DNA of 54,389 nt from Prorocentrum cordatum (Eukaryota). This document shows, one piece after another, positions 37,980 to 49,000 of this stretch. Where the stretch lies: NCBI GenBank assembly GCA_963575745.1, contig CAUYUJ010000246.1, positions 62,001 to 116,389 on the forward strand, given 5' to 3'. The stretch's first letter is position 1; the number at the start of each line of letters is the position of its first letter. Below the pieces are notes generated by a model. That model saw only the letters and a program-made list of their open reading frames with translations, did no database searches and was not told the DNA's origin. The position numbers were made by a program, and so were the translations under genes.

Positions 37980-39330
37980 TCACTCCAAGCTGGATTGGAA
38001 AGCGGCGACTCTGGTCTGGATACCGTAACGAGGCAAGACCGCGTCCCAGACATCCTTGTGGATGGTCCAGCGTGCTTCTGATGCCTTCCAAACTGCAAGC
38101 TCGATGGGTCGATGGGTCTGGAGGTCGGGCGGCTTGGTCCAGATAGTGCTGATGCCTTTGCCTGATCCAGTCTGACTGCTGATGCCAAACTTTGTGTTCG
38201 GATATTATTTGAGAATTGTTTGCCTCCACATGCCATGGAAACGTCCCACGGCGGCAATAGAACCCTTCTTCCATTCTGGGGCCTCGATCTTGATGATGAC
38301 TTTCTTTGGACGACGATCCATATCTGTGAGGATCTTTTGCATGGTGCGATCTCCTGCGAGCTTCTTTTGGGCATCTGTGCGTTCACTAGGATCCAAAAAA
38401 AAACGCACCCCACAAATGTTTACAGTTCCATAATACATCCCCATCGGTACCAGCGCACAACTTGATACGGCAGAATGAAAACATGGGCTGTTTACCGTTG
38501 ATACGAAGGGTACCAACATCATCCACTTTGGCTCTATCTTCCTTCTCGAGGAGGTCCAGTAAGTTTCGAATATGATGCTGGCAATCGAGGTCCGTGATCT
38601 GTGTCTCTGAGCGCGACATCGCACTGGACGTATCCGTGACCAAGCCGCGGAGTTCGATATATGATGGATTCCACTGGCGCTGTACTCCAGCTCCTCCAAC
38701 CGATGACGTGCCTCCCGCACTCGGGGCCGCCGTGGAGGCCGACGTACCTGCTTTGATGAAGGCGATCTCTTTCTCAAGGCGGTCGAGTTTGGTATCCTGC
38801 TTGTCGTTGTGAGCCCTGAGCGAACCAATATCATCCTTGACCTCTGTGATTTCCTGCTTGAGCTCAATCATATTCTCGGACTGGAGGGAGGCCAGGGCGC
38901 TCAGGGCATCTCCGAGCTTGCCGAAATCGTCGGGTGCATCATCCGCTTTGCACGCCTCGCTGAACGAGGCCATAGATTTCTCACAGGCCTCGCGTTTTGC
39001 CTCCAATGCCGTCGCCTGTGCCCGTCGTTTGACCCTGCGGTCGTCGCCCATGACTACATCCGACACAGCCGTCGTCATATCTGATGCCGCTCTGTGGAGC
39101 TGACTGAGATGTACTCCCCAGCGTTGACACCAGTCTTGGTCGTCCTGAGGGGACCTTTTGCGGGATGCTGCCTGGGCCGCTGGGTCCTCAGCCTCCGTAT
39201 CTTTGAGGTGTTTGTCAAGATCAATAGACTCAGTGGGATCGATAGAAGCGTCGATGAGATGAGTCTTCTCGTCTGGCCTCTGTCTGGTACAGTGACGTGT
39301 CAAAACCTGATTAAAGCGGTACGGCGTGAT
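37980..39330 (-). pseudogene. LINE ORF1 (coiled coil plus probable RRM-like domain), disrupted
   Basis: Heptad segment LKQEITEVKDDIGSLRAHNDKQDTKLDRLEKEI followed by WNPSYIELRG. Frameshift near 38400, stop at 38205, terminal TGA at 37980-37982. Start position uncertain. Confidence 0.7.
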
Positions 39331-39509
39331 GCATCCCTCGACCAATCGCAATCGCACGAGAGCAGGAGTCGAACTCACACGAGAGCAGGAGTCGGACGCA
39401 GGCGAGAAAAATATACTTGTGGTGTAAGAGGTGAAAAGGGGAGGTAGAGGTGACTGCAAGCGGGAAGGTGGCGTATCGTGACCTCCTCCCCTTCTGGAGC
39501 GACGTTGCT

Positions 39510-39536
39510 CTTGAGCCGACGTTGCTCTTGAGCCAA
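39510..39536 (-). other. Dinoflagellate spliced-leader relics at the LINE 5' end
   Basis: Minus strand reads TTGGCTCAAG (39527-39536) and GGCTCAAG (39510-39517), matching the 3' end of DinoSL DCCGTAGCCATTTTGGCTCAAG. Confidence 0.6.
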
Positions 39537-42500
39537 GTTGCTCTTGGTTACCGCTGGGAACTCGTAGCGCTTCCTCGTGCAATGCGGGCGCGGCAATCTT
39601 GCGCTGCGCGCGCGAGGGCGTGATCTGCTGGAGGAGAACGTGGGGGAGAAGAAGGGGCGAGGGAAACATGTCAATTGAAAACAATACTAGACAGACCAGA
39701 CCGAGTTCAGACGTCTGGACACTTTGAGTCAGCGCACCTGTTGATTTCGGTCTGACTGCTGTGCCAAACAGCGTAAAGAAAACCATGGCCGTCTAAAAAA
39801 AATGGAGAATACGAATAGTTGTTTTCGGTCCGAGCGTTGATGGCAGGCCGAGTTTAGGCGTCTCGATGATATAAACTGGCACGCCTGATTATATCCTTCC
39901 GATTGCCGTGCCAAATAGCTCTGTATTTCATCTGCAGCTCGGATTAAGTCAAGAACACCTATATCATCTCCAAAAGACAAACAGAGTACGAATAGTTGTG
40001 CAGTCGCAGCGCTGATAGCAGACCGAGTTCAGGCTAGATACTTCAGACTATCGTGTATGACGAGTTCCTTCCCATTGCTGTGCCAAACAGCTCTGTAGTT
40101 CATCTGCAGCTCGACTTAAGTCAAAAAAACTATCACCATCTCGAATACGAGTACGAATAGCGTCGCAGCCCCAGCGCTGATAGCAGACCGAGATCAGGCG
40201 TCTAGATACTTTGAACTAGCGCGCCCGATAGTGTCCTTCCGATTGTTGTGCTGAACAGCTCTGTAGCTTATCTGCAGGTCGAGCTAAGTCAAGAAAACCA
40301 CCACCATTCCCAAGGAATGAGCAGAGTACGAATGGTTTTTGAGCTCCAGCGCTGATAACAGACTGTTGTCAGCCGTCTAGATACTTTAAACTCGCTCGCA
40401 TGATTATTGTCTTCCGATCGTCGTGCCAAACAGCTCTGGAGCTCGTATACAGCTCGATTTAAGTCAAGAAAATCATCACCATCTGCAAAGAAAATAGAAT
40501 ACGAATAGTGTTTTGGCTCCAGCGCTAATAACAGGCCGATTTCAGGCGTCTAGATACGTCAGACTATCGCGTCAGCTGGTTACTTCTGAGTGCTGTGCCA
40601 AAGAGCTCTGTGTCTGATCTGCACCCGATTAATGCCAAAGAGCTCCATGTCTGATCTGCACCTCGAGTGAAGTCAAGAAACTCGTCATAATCTCGAACAA
40701 AAAAATAGACTACGAATAAGAGCTTCGAGAACCTAGCTCGGGTAATAGACGGTTCAGATATCAGGACACTCCAGACGAACGCGCATGACGATTCTAGATC
40801 GATTAGGTGTGCACAACAGCTCTGCAGCTATCCTACAGCTCGAGTTAATTTGGGAAAACCGACAGCACCTGTCACAATGACCCAAACAGCCGATCCGGCC
40901 AGAGTGCTTTCTGACAGTGACAGGTACCCGATGGACCTGAAATTAAGTCGGCGAGCGGCAATGAGACCGAATATGAGGACCTGCTGTTCAAGAACCCGAA
41001 TAGCCAAATAAGAGAACACTGGCGCCCGCGATGAACCGTCAACCTGGTCACCGCCGGAACCTCGTAGAGCTCCTTGCACGCGTAAGAGTGCTCAGAATCG
41101 AAGCAGAGAACTAAAAGGAATATTTGCTTAAAGTCTTCATTTCTCATGTTTTGATGCAGCGTCCAAAACCGGGAGAGCAACTGGCGCCGGCGGCAGACCG
41201 TCAACCTGGTTACCGCCAGGGACCTCGTAGAGCTCCTTGCACGCTCGACAGTGCTGGGCAAAGGAGCAGATAGCTTCTCGAAGCATTTCTCGAAAGGTGA
41301 AACATTGATTTTTTCATGTCGACATGAAGTTGGTTCCTCCAGCTGTTTTGATGGTAAAAGTGCGCCTACAGAGCTCATAGTAAGACACAGAGACCCTCAT
41401 AGTCTTCTACAAGTGCGGAAAAAATTGGTATTTAAAAATGATTTTTTAAATATCGTTCAAATCTTAGGAGCAACCACCCCAAAGTCACCACATCTTCTTG
41501 TCTGGTCGGGTCGACCAACTAGCTCCACCCCGCGCCCGAACTGGGCGCCGGCGGTAAACCGTCAACCCTGGTTGCCGCCGGGAGGCTCGTAGAGCTTCCT
41601 TGCCATATACCATCTCCAAAGAATTAGCAGAGAACGAATAGTGTTTCAGCCCGGGCGCTGATAGCAGACTGATTTCAGGCGTCTAGATACATTTAACTAG
41701 CGCCCCTGATGATTCCCTTCCTTCTGCTGTGCTGAACAGCTCTGTAGCTCATCTGCAGCACGAGTACAACCACGAAAACCAATACCATCTCCAAGAAATT
41801 AGCAGAGTACGAATAGTTGTTCAGCCCGAGCGCTGATAGCAGACTGAGTTCAGGCATCTAGATACTTCCAAATAGCGCGCCTCAATAATCCCTTCCGATT
41901 GCTGTGCCTAAGAGCTCTGGAGCTCATCTGCAGGTCGAGTTAAGTCAAGAAACCATTTCATCACCAGAAAAAAAAAACAGAGTATGACTAGTCGTTCGGC
42001 TGCTGCGCTCATAACAGACCCAATTCAAGCGTCTAGATACTCGTACTAGCGCGCCTGATGATTTTCTTCCGATTTCTGTGCCAAAGAGCTCTCAAGCTCA
42101 TCTGCAGCTCGAATTCAGCGAAGAAGTTCATCATCATCTCGAGAAAAATCGGTACAATATAAATTTTGTTTCGGACGCAGCTCGAGTAGCAGACCGAGTT
42201 CAGACCTCTAGATGCTTTAGACGAACGCGCCTGATATTCTCAATCGATTACGTGTGCGCACCAGCTCTGTATCTCCCCTACAGCTCGAGTTAAGTACAGA
42301 AAACCGACAGCACCTGTCAAGATGACTCCAAACAGCCGATCCCGCCTGGATGCTTTTTGGCAGTAATAGGTACCCGATCGAGCTGAGATTTAGACGGCGA
42401 GCGGGAATAAGATCGAATATCGCGGGGAAAAATATTAGAGCCCTAACGAATTTTTGAATTTCGAGAACATAACTGGCAGCCGGCGGTGAACCGTCAACCA

Positions 42501-42848
42501 GGTTACCGCCAGGAGCCTCGTAGAGCTCTCCTTCTCGCGCGGAGGTGCTCAGACCACATGGAGGGAGCTTTCTGAAGCGTAAGCTGGAAAACACAAACAA
42601 AACGCATTCTTCGGTATCCATCCGAAGGCAATTCCTTCAAGTGTTTCGATAGTAATACTGCAGTGCAGCTACAAGCCTGAGAATTTACTTGGCGGACGCG
42701 GCATAACCCACTACAGGTGCGAGAAATACCGGTTCTCGAAACGAATTTTCGAATCTCTCACAATCTGGAAAAACCGACGCCAGGTCATGGCATTGTCCGC
42801 CCGTGCCGGGTGCACCAAGTGGCGCCGGCGGTGAACCGTCAACCTGGT

Positions 42849-44599
42849 CTTTTGCGGTCTTTTGCGGACGGTCGATTCGAGCCTCCACGGAGGCAGACCG
42901 AAACACAAAGCAACTCAGAACAGAGCCTGAGAGCAAAACGCTGAGCGCACTAACAGCGAAGCTGTACAGCAATGCCCAAGAGCGTAAATCCCACTAAGAG
43001 TCAACTAAGAAAAGTAAGAATATCCAGAGCTGTACAAACAGCAAAGCAAGAAGCAGTGAGAGACCATACAGTAACCACTGGTTTATACAGCGATTACCGT
43101 CTCAACACCACTGAGAATAGAAGCAGTGAGAGACCATGCAGTAACCACTGGTTTATACAGCGATTACCGTCATTACCACTGAGACAAACACGAAACTAGC
43201 AACTAAAATGGCGAGTGCGCTTCAAAGCAATGCGAGACCATGCAGTAACCACATATAGCGATTACCGTCTCAGCACCACTGAAAGACCATGCACGTGAAA
43301 CACAACGTCGAATTTGCGGTCGACTGTGCGGGCCGTCTGGCCCAGTCGCTAGCTGGAAAACGGCGGCATACAGAGTCAGGCAAGACACCCGCCACTCTTT
43401 GAGCGGGAGTGGGCAAATGCAAAACTCTTATTCCGAACAAAGTGAAGATCACGCGGAGCTCTTATACCAACATGCGCGCATGCCCGACACACACACAGCA
43501 TGGCAAGAGCCAACGCAAACACAAAGTCCGAAGTATGTCATAACAACCCGCGGTAAGACAGGAGTCGTATGCTCACGTCGAATGTGTGATAACTGAATGT
43601 CTGATAACGTGCACGACTCTAACTCACGAAAGAAACGATTCCAACCTCCCCTCGAAGGTTCCCACGGCGTAGTGAATAAGAGTACTCAGACTGCAACCAA
43701 AGTCAAAATTGGATACGTGCTGAGAGCAACTCGTACAAGATAACAAATGCGGCAAGTACAAACGCAAGTGGCCTGGAAGTACACAGACTGATATGGAATG
43801 GGACGGAAGAGGACACTTGTGGAACACAGACTGATATTGATGCTGTTGAATTGGCTCTGGCTCAACTGCATACATACGTATCGTACTCAACTGTCCATCT
43901 TGTTATTGCCTGTGAATTGCCTTCTTCTTGTTGAGCGAATCCACGTATCATATATGGAGTTCGTTACATCTGAATTGTCAGGCATGGATTTTGTAGCTTC
44001 AGATTGGACTGCTACGGCGTTGTTTACTTCCGAGTTTCTCGCTGCTCGTTTGTCTACGCTCGAAGTGTGTGTTAGTGACATATTGCCGTGTTCGCCCTTC
44101 GTACGGAGGTGAGTCTCGCCTGCATGAGCGAGACCAGCTGTATGGGCATGGTGTCAAAGTTTCTCAATCGAAGATAGCTTTCAGTGGTGCTGAGACGGTA
44201 ATCGCTATATTTGGGTACTGCATGGTCTCGCATTGCTTTGGGGCGCACTCGCTATTTTAGTTCTCTTAGCTTCGTGTTTGTCTCAGTGGTGTTGAGACGG
44301 TAATCGCTGTATAAACCAGTGGTTACTGTATGGTCTCTCACTGCTTCTAGCTGTGCTTCCATATCTATGGTCTGCATTGCTTCCCTCATTATATTGTTAG
44401 TTGTTTTCTCGTGTGCTTGCAGTCTTGTGCATATTTGTACAGCGCAGTCTTGTGCATATCTGTGCAGCTTCGCTGTTTGATGCACCTCTGCTTTAATCTT
44501 TGCAGCTTCGCTGTTTTCCTGTACAGCTTCGCTGTTTAGGTTCCCTGTGTCCTGGCCTGCTCTCCAGGGAGCTCGAATCGGCCAACGCAGACTACGCAG
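42849..44599. mobile_element. Pair of related retroposon-like 3' ends facing outward (long imperfect inverted repeat)
   Basis: 43050-43115 is the reverse complement of 44281-44347, and 43180-43285 is the reverse complement of 44179-44286. Each outer end joins directly to CC(A/T)GGTTGACGG of a hairpin. Confidence 0.6.
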
Positions 44600-45689
44600 A
44601 CCTGGTTGACGGTTTACCGTCGGCTCCCAGTGCCTCGTAGAGCTCTTCGGCATCGATGAGCTACAGGACTTCCGGCGCAGGGTGCAGCTACTTGGCCCAT
44701 CCCGCCCGGGCAGGCAATGTGGCCACTCACTGATTCCGCCACGGCCGCAGGCGATCCCCCGAATCCACGACGCCGAGTCGCCCCGAGGCGACGCCGCGTC
44801 GAAGGCGCCGACGCCGCGCCCGGGAGGTGCCAGACGCCCCAGCAGCGCCGGACCCCACGCGCGAAGCCCCGTCGCAGAGCACTCCGCCGAGCGCGGCGAG
44901 ACACAGGCCACGCGCAGCGCGGCGCCGCCGACGCACTGCCCCGCCCCTTGCGACGCCCTCCAGGCAGCATCACCCACGCACTCGCTCGCGCTCTGCCCCG
45001 CCCTGCCCAGTGCGCCGCCGATCCCAATGCCGGGAGAGAACCTGCGCGCGCGCGCCGCCCCCCACATGGGTAGGTTGCATCGGGCGGAAATCCATCTTCG
45101 AGGGCCATTGACAGGTCAAGGGTGGCTCCCATACAGTAGTGTATGTCCTCTGTAAGTCTGTAAGCAGCCAAGACTTATCACAACTCGCAGTGTGGTGTCA
45201 CCTAGAGGGATTGGCGGACATGTCCATCAAACAAAAACTCATTATCCTCCTCCTCCTCCTCCTCCTCGTCCTCGTCCTCCTCCTGCCGTTCCTCCTGCGC
45301 AACTTATTATCCTCCTTTTTCTCAGTATCCTCCTCCTCCTCCTTCTCCTCCTCCTCCCCCTCTCCCCCGAAAAAGGAAATCCTTAGGAATCCTTCGGTGG
45401 GTTGTCGTGGCCCTTACCGTCGTCGCCGTCGCCCTCGTCGTTCGCCCCCGCGTCCCTGCCGTCGCCCGCGCCGGTGGCCCGAGACTCGCGGCGGGTCGCC
45501 GCGCGCGCCCTCCTGGGCCCCTGGGCCCTCGCCGTCTCCGAGGCGCGGCCCCCCCCCGAAGGGGAGGAGGGGAGGGCAGAGAGCCTCTCTGCCAGAGAGG
45601 AGGGGAGGAAGGATAGGGAAGGAGGGCGGAAAGAAAGGGAGGGCGAGGGAGAAGGGGAGGGGGAGGGAACGGAACGGGGAAAACGACAA

Positions 45690-45980
45690 ACAATAAACGT
45701 GACATACGACAAACAGTGAATACGGCAATCAGTAAACGTGCAGTACGACAAACAGTGAATACGACAAGCAGTAAGTGGTCCTGATGTGCAAACAGTACAA
45801 ACAGTATACACGTGCAAACAGTACAAGCACTACAAACAGTACAAACAGTACAAAGAATACAAACAGTAGACGTGCAAACATTACAAACAGTACAAACAGT
45901 ATGACAAGCAGCGCGTGAATACGTGCAAACAGTACAAACAGAATAAACAGTACGAACACTACAAACAGTACAAGCAGTAA
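45690..45980 (+). repeat. ACAAACAGT-type ~9-bp minisatellite
   Basis: Repeated (T)ACAAACAG variants upstream of the transposase ORF. Confidence 0.8.
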
Positions 45981-46019
45981 AGCCCTACAGCCACCAAGGA
46001 AAATGAACGTGAACAACAA

Positions 46020-49000
46020 ATGTCACCCCTAAACAGCAAACCAATGCACGTGAATATCAGTAGCCGTTTTGGCTTCAAGTGTTTCATTGTGATGCCACCC
46101 ACTGCCCAGGCTATCGTGAGTGATATTATACCTTTCGTTGAGTCCAGGCGTTTGAGGCGATGTCTTGTGTTGGGTGCTTTTTCAATTTCCAATGTTGCTT
46201 CGATCGCACTTGTTGTTACCGACGAAGCTAGCTCAACTGGCGCAGAACGGCGGCGTGAGCATTCTAGAATGAGGCAGGCGATCCGCTCTGCACTTGGGTT
46301 CTTCGGCAGCGGGTCTTCGAATCAAGTCCCCCTGGAACTACTACACAAATGTCTGAACGCAACGTGCGCCACGCAGCTCGGGCGAGAACACATAGACATG
46401 GTTCGCCGTCGGCTCGTTGATGCAGACGACGGTGTCGCAGTCGCCTGCATCGTTCCAGCTGTCCAGGACGGGCATGGCCAATGCAGGCTCGAGACCAGCA
46501 TCGCCGAATGCCTCTCTGACAAATATGGAGACAAACCAAGAGATGAGCTTCAGTTGGCGCTTCTGGACAAAGATATAGGGATAGCTCGGTTGAGAGACGA
46601 TTGCCACAATATAAGCGCCAGTCGGAATTACTACAAGCAGAAATCAGAGAATTTGTCGCACGTTTTGAAGGGCCATGAGCTCCAGATCAAATCACTCAAC
46701 GAACAAATTTTTATGAGGCCAGGGAAAAGGAATGTCAGTGTATTTGGTGGGTATTCGATCGCGCTGAAGCGAAACATTGGGCACGCGTCATCGAAAGCGA
46801 TAGTGGCAGTTCTGTCTGGTGATCCAGAGCGCGGGGGGCTCAGGGATAAGAATATCTCAATTAAGTTTGAACATCGTTGCAACCACGTCCAGCGATTGTT
46901 GAGTTCCCAGCACTATCAAGCCATTGCAGTAGAATTCAAAACTTGCCTGCGCACTTCGGGCACGCCGCCCCCTTTCAACATCGAAGTGATTCAATGCCTT
47001 GCAGACGCAACTAGTCAATCGGCTATTCAAAAGGAGAATATGCATATCGCGTTGGTGTCGTGCCTGTCTGCATCTTCCAACGCACTCGTGTGCACTGGGA
47101 CCGCAGAGTACTTGTGCACCCGCTCATTGGCTGATATACAGTGTGTGAGAACTGGCACTGGCGACGAGCTGCTCGCATTGGCTTTGCGAGAGTTTGCTTC
47201 CGTATATTGTCCAGATTGGCGTTGTCGGAAAGAGAACACAATTAGCTCCTTTATGTTCGGTTTGGACAAAGGGCCCGATTGCCAGAAGTTTGGGCGGCTG
47301 GTAGTGGCTGAAATGCAGAGTGTGCCGAATGTGATTGTACATGTGCAGTGGTGCTCGTTGCACAGTTACCACAAAATTGTTGAGAAGAATCTAGAGTTCG
47401 CAGACAGCTTCACATGGCCTGGGTATGAGCTTCCAGTCAAATACACGAGTGCTCTCAAGACTCTGGTCAACACGTGGAGGGCACCTGGTATGCACAGGAA
47501 GCTCAAAGCTGCTGCTACGAAGCTGTTCAACCCTGTGCTGGCGCATCGGATCTTCAAGATTTTGCCTGGGCGTTGTATATCTGGTCGGTGGTGCAGCGTC
47601 GACGCGGTCGAGAAGATGCTCGTCCACGACTGGGTGCACATCGCCAGCGTGTTTGCGAAGGTGCTCAAGGGCGCCAAGATTGTCGACGAGGCAGCCTGTG
47701 TTCTCAATCTGCCCTAGCACACAAAACAACACGGGAAGGGGCAGGACCATGAGAGCGGTGAGGGGGACGTAAAGGGGGATATAGGATATGAGGGTGATGG
47801 GAGGGGGGAGGGTGGAAGAGGGGGGACGAGCGGGGGGGGAGGCGACAAACCAAACAGAGGGGGATGTGGGACGTAAAACTGCGGAGGGCTGGTTGAGAAC
47901 ACATCCCGAGGATAAAGTCCTTGACCCTGATGACGAAGATGGTCACTACCAGGTGGGGGGATGCATGCGTGCCAGAGGGGGGCGGTGTGAACCTTGTAGC
48001 TAGTAGCTTAGGCCACGGACACACACTCCAACATTTCAAACAACAAAACAAGCTAGGGCTATCGGGTGATCGTCACGGGAGGTCGCCCCACGAAGCCCCG
48101 CCCCCTTTAGATCCCTGTTCCCCTTCTACACGTAGATGCCACCGTACGTAAACATCCAACGTGGTGTGCGTCCAAATGCTCATCCCCCTACTCTTTCTCC
48201 TCTTCATCCTCCTCCTCCTCAATGTGTAAATAGAAAGTGCAGGTTTCTCTTTCTTTTCAATTTGCCCCCTCCTTCCCCTCCTCCTCGTCTTCGTCCTCCT
48301 CCCCCCCCTCCTCCTCCCGCCCTTCTCTGTCCTCCTCCTTCTCCCTCTTGCCCATCCCCATCCTCCTCATCCCGCCCTCTCCCAATGCAAGGTTCGCACC
48401 GAAGACCCCCCTCATTGCACCGCCACCCCGAGATCTGAGGTGAAAATGGGCAGGTGGCGCCGCAGTGCGCGTGAGTTGTGTGAGGCGCAGGTTTTCGGAG
48501 CCATGATCGCGATTTCTTATTGTGCCAAACAAGCAGTGATGGAGGCGTTCTACTGGTCGCAAAAAATTACCAAACAGGAAAATGACTCCCGAGAGCGCAG
48601 CCCATCCTCTGTACACCCTGGTCCAACTGTCATGTCGTTGCTTGTTTCGGAGAAGGCCGACTATTTTAACGAGAAATACTCTGGGTTGCTGACTGCAGAT
48701 TTACCACTACTATCAGGCGCACTGGACACGCTACGTGCAGAGTGCGAGAGGCTTCACAGTGCTGGTCTTGAGTTGTTTGTATCAATTGTTATCCAAGGTG
48801 CTGCTCAATGGAAAGTTCGGGTCATGGACGTCGTTGATGAATGGCCATACAAGATTTTTCACATGCTCACTACTCCACCAGATGATATGTGCGATCGTCG
48901 GAAAGAGTTGGCGTTGGAGTGGCTTGGCAAAGAGCGCCACGATCTCGCCAGCGTGCACTCGGACATGGCTTGGAAACTTCGCTCGCTCTTCTACGAAGAT

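Larger units (their letters stand above)
33969..39542 (-). mobile_element. Full-length, decayed APE-RT-RNase H LINE inserted in the 3' hairpin loop of a minus-strand element
   Basis: Poly(T) at 33969-33976 abuts CCGTCAACCTTG. The other half of the hairpin (CTTGGTTACCGCTGGGAACTCGTAG) is at 39543-39567. CTTG/CAAG occurs on both sides (possible 4-bp TSD). Confidence 0.9.
32751..42848 (-). mobile_element. Opposite-orientation block of more diverged family A/B elements
   Basis: Termini appear as reverse complements, e.g. ACTGGGCGCCGGCGGTAAACCGTCAACC (41540) and CCAACTAGCTCCACCCCGCG (33871, 41515). Confidence 0.75.

Noticed and set aside
42849..44599. Penelope-like element with inverted pLTR and hammerhead ribozyme
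   Set aside because: No CTGANGA..GAAA core, RT or GIY-YIG motif was recognised, and both ends join the same half of the target.
44252..45826. GC-rich ORFs of 100-270 aa upstream of the transposase
   Set aside because: Low-complexity, overlapping on both strands, with no domain motifs. A short upstream exon cannot be excluded.
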